Shown one piece after another: positions 61,356 through 64,000 of a stretch of DNA of 64,000 bases. Below the pieces are notes generated by a model, which was not told the origin of the DNA, ran no database searches, and saw only the letters and a list, made by a program, of their open reading frames with translations. The stretch's first letter is position 1, and each line of letters starts with the position of its first letter. The stretch spans positions 64,234,001 through 64,298,000 of the forward strand of contig NC_087437.1 of assembly GCF_036321535.1 (NCBI RefSeq), written 5' to 3'. A program made the translations under genes and the position numbers. The stretch is from Camelus dromedarius (taxonomy: Eukaryota).

Positions 61356-62336
61356 CTAGGATGTCAAGAAGGCTTTTTCTGTGGATGCTGCCCAACTGGT
61401 TTGGCTTCCCCAAGTGTTCTTGACAGCTGACCTACAAGTCCCAAGTCCCATACCTTACCAGATGTTAGGACTCTCCATCTTGATGATGGGTCCTGGTATT
61501 TGGGTCATCCAGATCGGTGTGGATCTGGTCTCAGCCATGGGAGGGTACCTCTGCCAGCCCCATCACTTGTGCTCAGCCTCAGGATCTCTTCTGAAGGGCC
61601 CTGCAAACCAACTACAAGTGCACCAGGAATTGGTTTTACCACCTTCCAGGGTATCTCTTAGGGGCCTGACCCCAGGAGTTCAGATTGGATTCTTTGTAAT
61701 AGAACTAAGGAGAGAAATAAATATATTTCATGTCCACATCCCCACATCTCCACCTCCCAACCGGAGGGGGTACCACATGGCCACAAAGAGGAGAGAACGA
61801 GAGAAGTGGGAGTGGGCTGTCCAGCATCCCCTCGACTAGGCTGGAGGCAGACCTCAGCCAGTGGTCTCCTGGTTTTCCTCCTGGTGAGAAGGTCCTGTCT
61901 TTTGACCCTAAAAGCCAAGCTTCATCTACTGCTCCTCCATTGCCCTATCTGGAGCTTTGGGTCCCTCTTTGTAAGCTTTCAGCCCACAGCATCTGCTATC
62001 ACAAGTGGCTCACATCAACCAAGCACTGAAAATGAGCTTCACCACTTTGCCAACAGGAGGAGGCAGGGCCGAGCACCCGCACCACACCCCCAGCGCAGCT
62101 TCCTTTACTCTCCATACTGTGTGGAGTACCCACTGCAGTAACTCTCCATTACAGCTTACTGATCCTCCAACGTGGCTCGAGGGTATGATTTGACCAAACT
62201 TAAACCACGATGCTTTATTGATAGTTTAAATAATTAACATCCCTTAAAGAAAGAAATCTAAATGCAAACAGTTTATGCAAACCAGTATCCTTTACAAGGA
62301 CTTCTGAGTACCTAATACCTATTAACAATTTATGTG

Positions 62337-62378
62337 TAACTGACTGTACTTCAACTTTTAAAAAAAGGCTGAGAAAAA
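62337..62378 (+). mobile_element. Ultra-short (42 bp) LINE-1 3'-terminal insertion with 13-bp TSD
   Basis: Insert begins taactgactgtacttcaa; TSD aacaatttatgtg at 62324-62336 and 62379-62391. Confidence 0.8.
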
Positions 62379-63852
62379 AACAATTTATGTGAACTATTTC
62401 TTAAGGAAACTAGAAAAACCCAGCCCCCTTCCCAGTTCTCCAAGCAGCAAGTGAAGAGAGATGCAGGTAGCAGCAGAGGGGGCAGGACATCAAATTAGCT
62501 CACCTGTGATAGTTATTTATCAGTGTAATTTAATAAACTTCTTTTGGGAAAGAAAAGGTAGCAAGTGGTTGACAGTGTTGAGGGGCTGCTGATGATAAGC
62601 TTACTTGGATTTGCCCACCAGGAGCTCATAAGTGACCTTTGCCAGAGCAGTTCCAGGGGATGATGTGGCTAGAGGCTTCACTGCAGTGGATTTATGGTCT
62701 TGGGCTGCCACACGTCCTCCAAGTGCAGAAATGGGGACTGTTCTGCAACAGGACACATATAGGGCTTTGTTTGCGCCTGGACAGATGGTGAGGCTGATTC
62801 TGAGCTGTCTTCTAGTTATCTCCACATTGTACAAACTAGGCTGGCAGCATCAGAATTGTTTGAAATCGAAACTCTGCTAGTGGTGGACTTATCGCTCAGG
62901 AGATGTTTTAATTGTCTCAGGCATTGTCCCTGGTGTCCAGGGGAGTTGCTGAGTCTACAGGGAGGTTATCCAGTTCCAGGCTGTCTCCACTGCTTTTTCA
63001 TATAACAGAGAACCATGCAGTTACTCTGTTAGAGATTGCCAACCTGGAATTTCTGGGACAGTCCTAGTTGAAAGCATTCTGCATGGCAGATTGATCATAC
63101 ATGTCTATCACTACTTCACATAATTCCACTAAGAGGATAGTGAGAAAATTTAAAAAGTATAGATCTGCAATGACAGAGAGAACAAAGGAGTGGAGACGAG
63201 ACTAAATGCATTCTGGGGAGATGGAAAGTGAATGGAGCAATCAGAAGTGATTTAGCAGAGCAGGACAGTTTACAGAGGGAGCTATGGCAGAAAAGCAAGA
63301 TGACTCCCTAGAAGGCCTCAGAAATTGGAGTGTTGGGTATTGTGAAATGTGAGGATGAGGTACAAGGCTAAAAGGGGGAAATGGTTGAAATTATCTAAGT
63401 TGAGAGGTTGGAACCCAGATCTCTTGTCCGATCCCACACAGCAATTCCTTCCTCCATTTTACCCCTCCCCAACAAAAGAAGACTAAGACCCTTTCTTTAA
63501 AGACCCAATTGTTGAGGGTCCAAATTTGGAGACTCCAGGAAAGGTGAAATCACACTGATGGGGTTTGGCACTAGAACAGTGTTTCTCCTTTTTCTTCCTT
63601 TGTGTAATTTGTTTATTGAAGATACCTGGTGATTTGTCCTACAGAGTTTCCCACAATCTAAAATATGCTGATTGCAATGTGGTATAATTTAACATGTTCC
63701 TCTATTCCCTATATCATCTGTAAATTGATGGTTAGATCTAAAGACTTAATTAAATATAGATTCTGGCAAGATTACTTCATAGGTGTTATTGCGTACTTTT
63801 TAAAGAAATACATAATATCTGATTTTCTGTGTCTGTGTATGTGTGTGTTTGT

Positions 63853-63857
<5 letters not shown>

Positions 63858-63906
<49 letters not shown>
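63858..63906. repeat. (TG)24 microsatellite inside an old reverse L1 fragment (about 63590-63990)
   Basis: Perfect run with an imperfect extension back to about 63827. Confidence 0.97.
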
Positions 63907-63908
<2 letters not shown>

Positions 63909-64000
63909 GCGCCATTGATGATGGTTTCCCAGGTCCATTAATTCTTTAGGTGTTACAATGTATTGGTTGGACTACTGTTAGGAGAAACTTCTCATCTACT

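Noticed and set aside
1..64000. CRISPR arrays, operons or other prokaryotic-type systems
   Set aside because: None seen; this is a mammalian intron-exon locus with no regularly spaced repeat-spacer structure.

Overview
Mammalian genomic DNA, most likely a camelid: two Vic-1-like tRNA-derived SINEs and young L1 3' ends are present. The window lies inside the 5' half of SEMA5B (semaphorin 5B) on the + strand. Three coding exons (48451-48604, 53186-53285, 58698-58743) splice in frame through GT-AG introns and give the signal peptide and start of the Sema domain (MVFPGPLAVTLL...HPIVAFADLKPWVSNFTYPGARDFSQLALDPSRNQLIVGARNYLFRLSLANVSLLQ). The remaining exons lie beyond the window. Upstream are decayed orthologues of exons that are coding in long human isoforms (about 21818-21893 and 34831-34961), a candidate non-coding cassette exon (38781-38893) and a candidate internal promoter or enhancer near 4.8-6.0 kb. 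The rest is intron filled with ordinary repeats (MIR, L2, CR1, L1, MLT LTRs, hAT and Tigger elements, microsatellites) and some enhancer-like blocks. Almost all ORFs in the supplied track are spurious. I found no convincing previously undescribed biological system. Comparisons with human and mouse SEMA5B and with repeat consensus sequences are from recall, not from a search.
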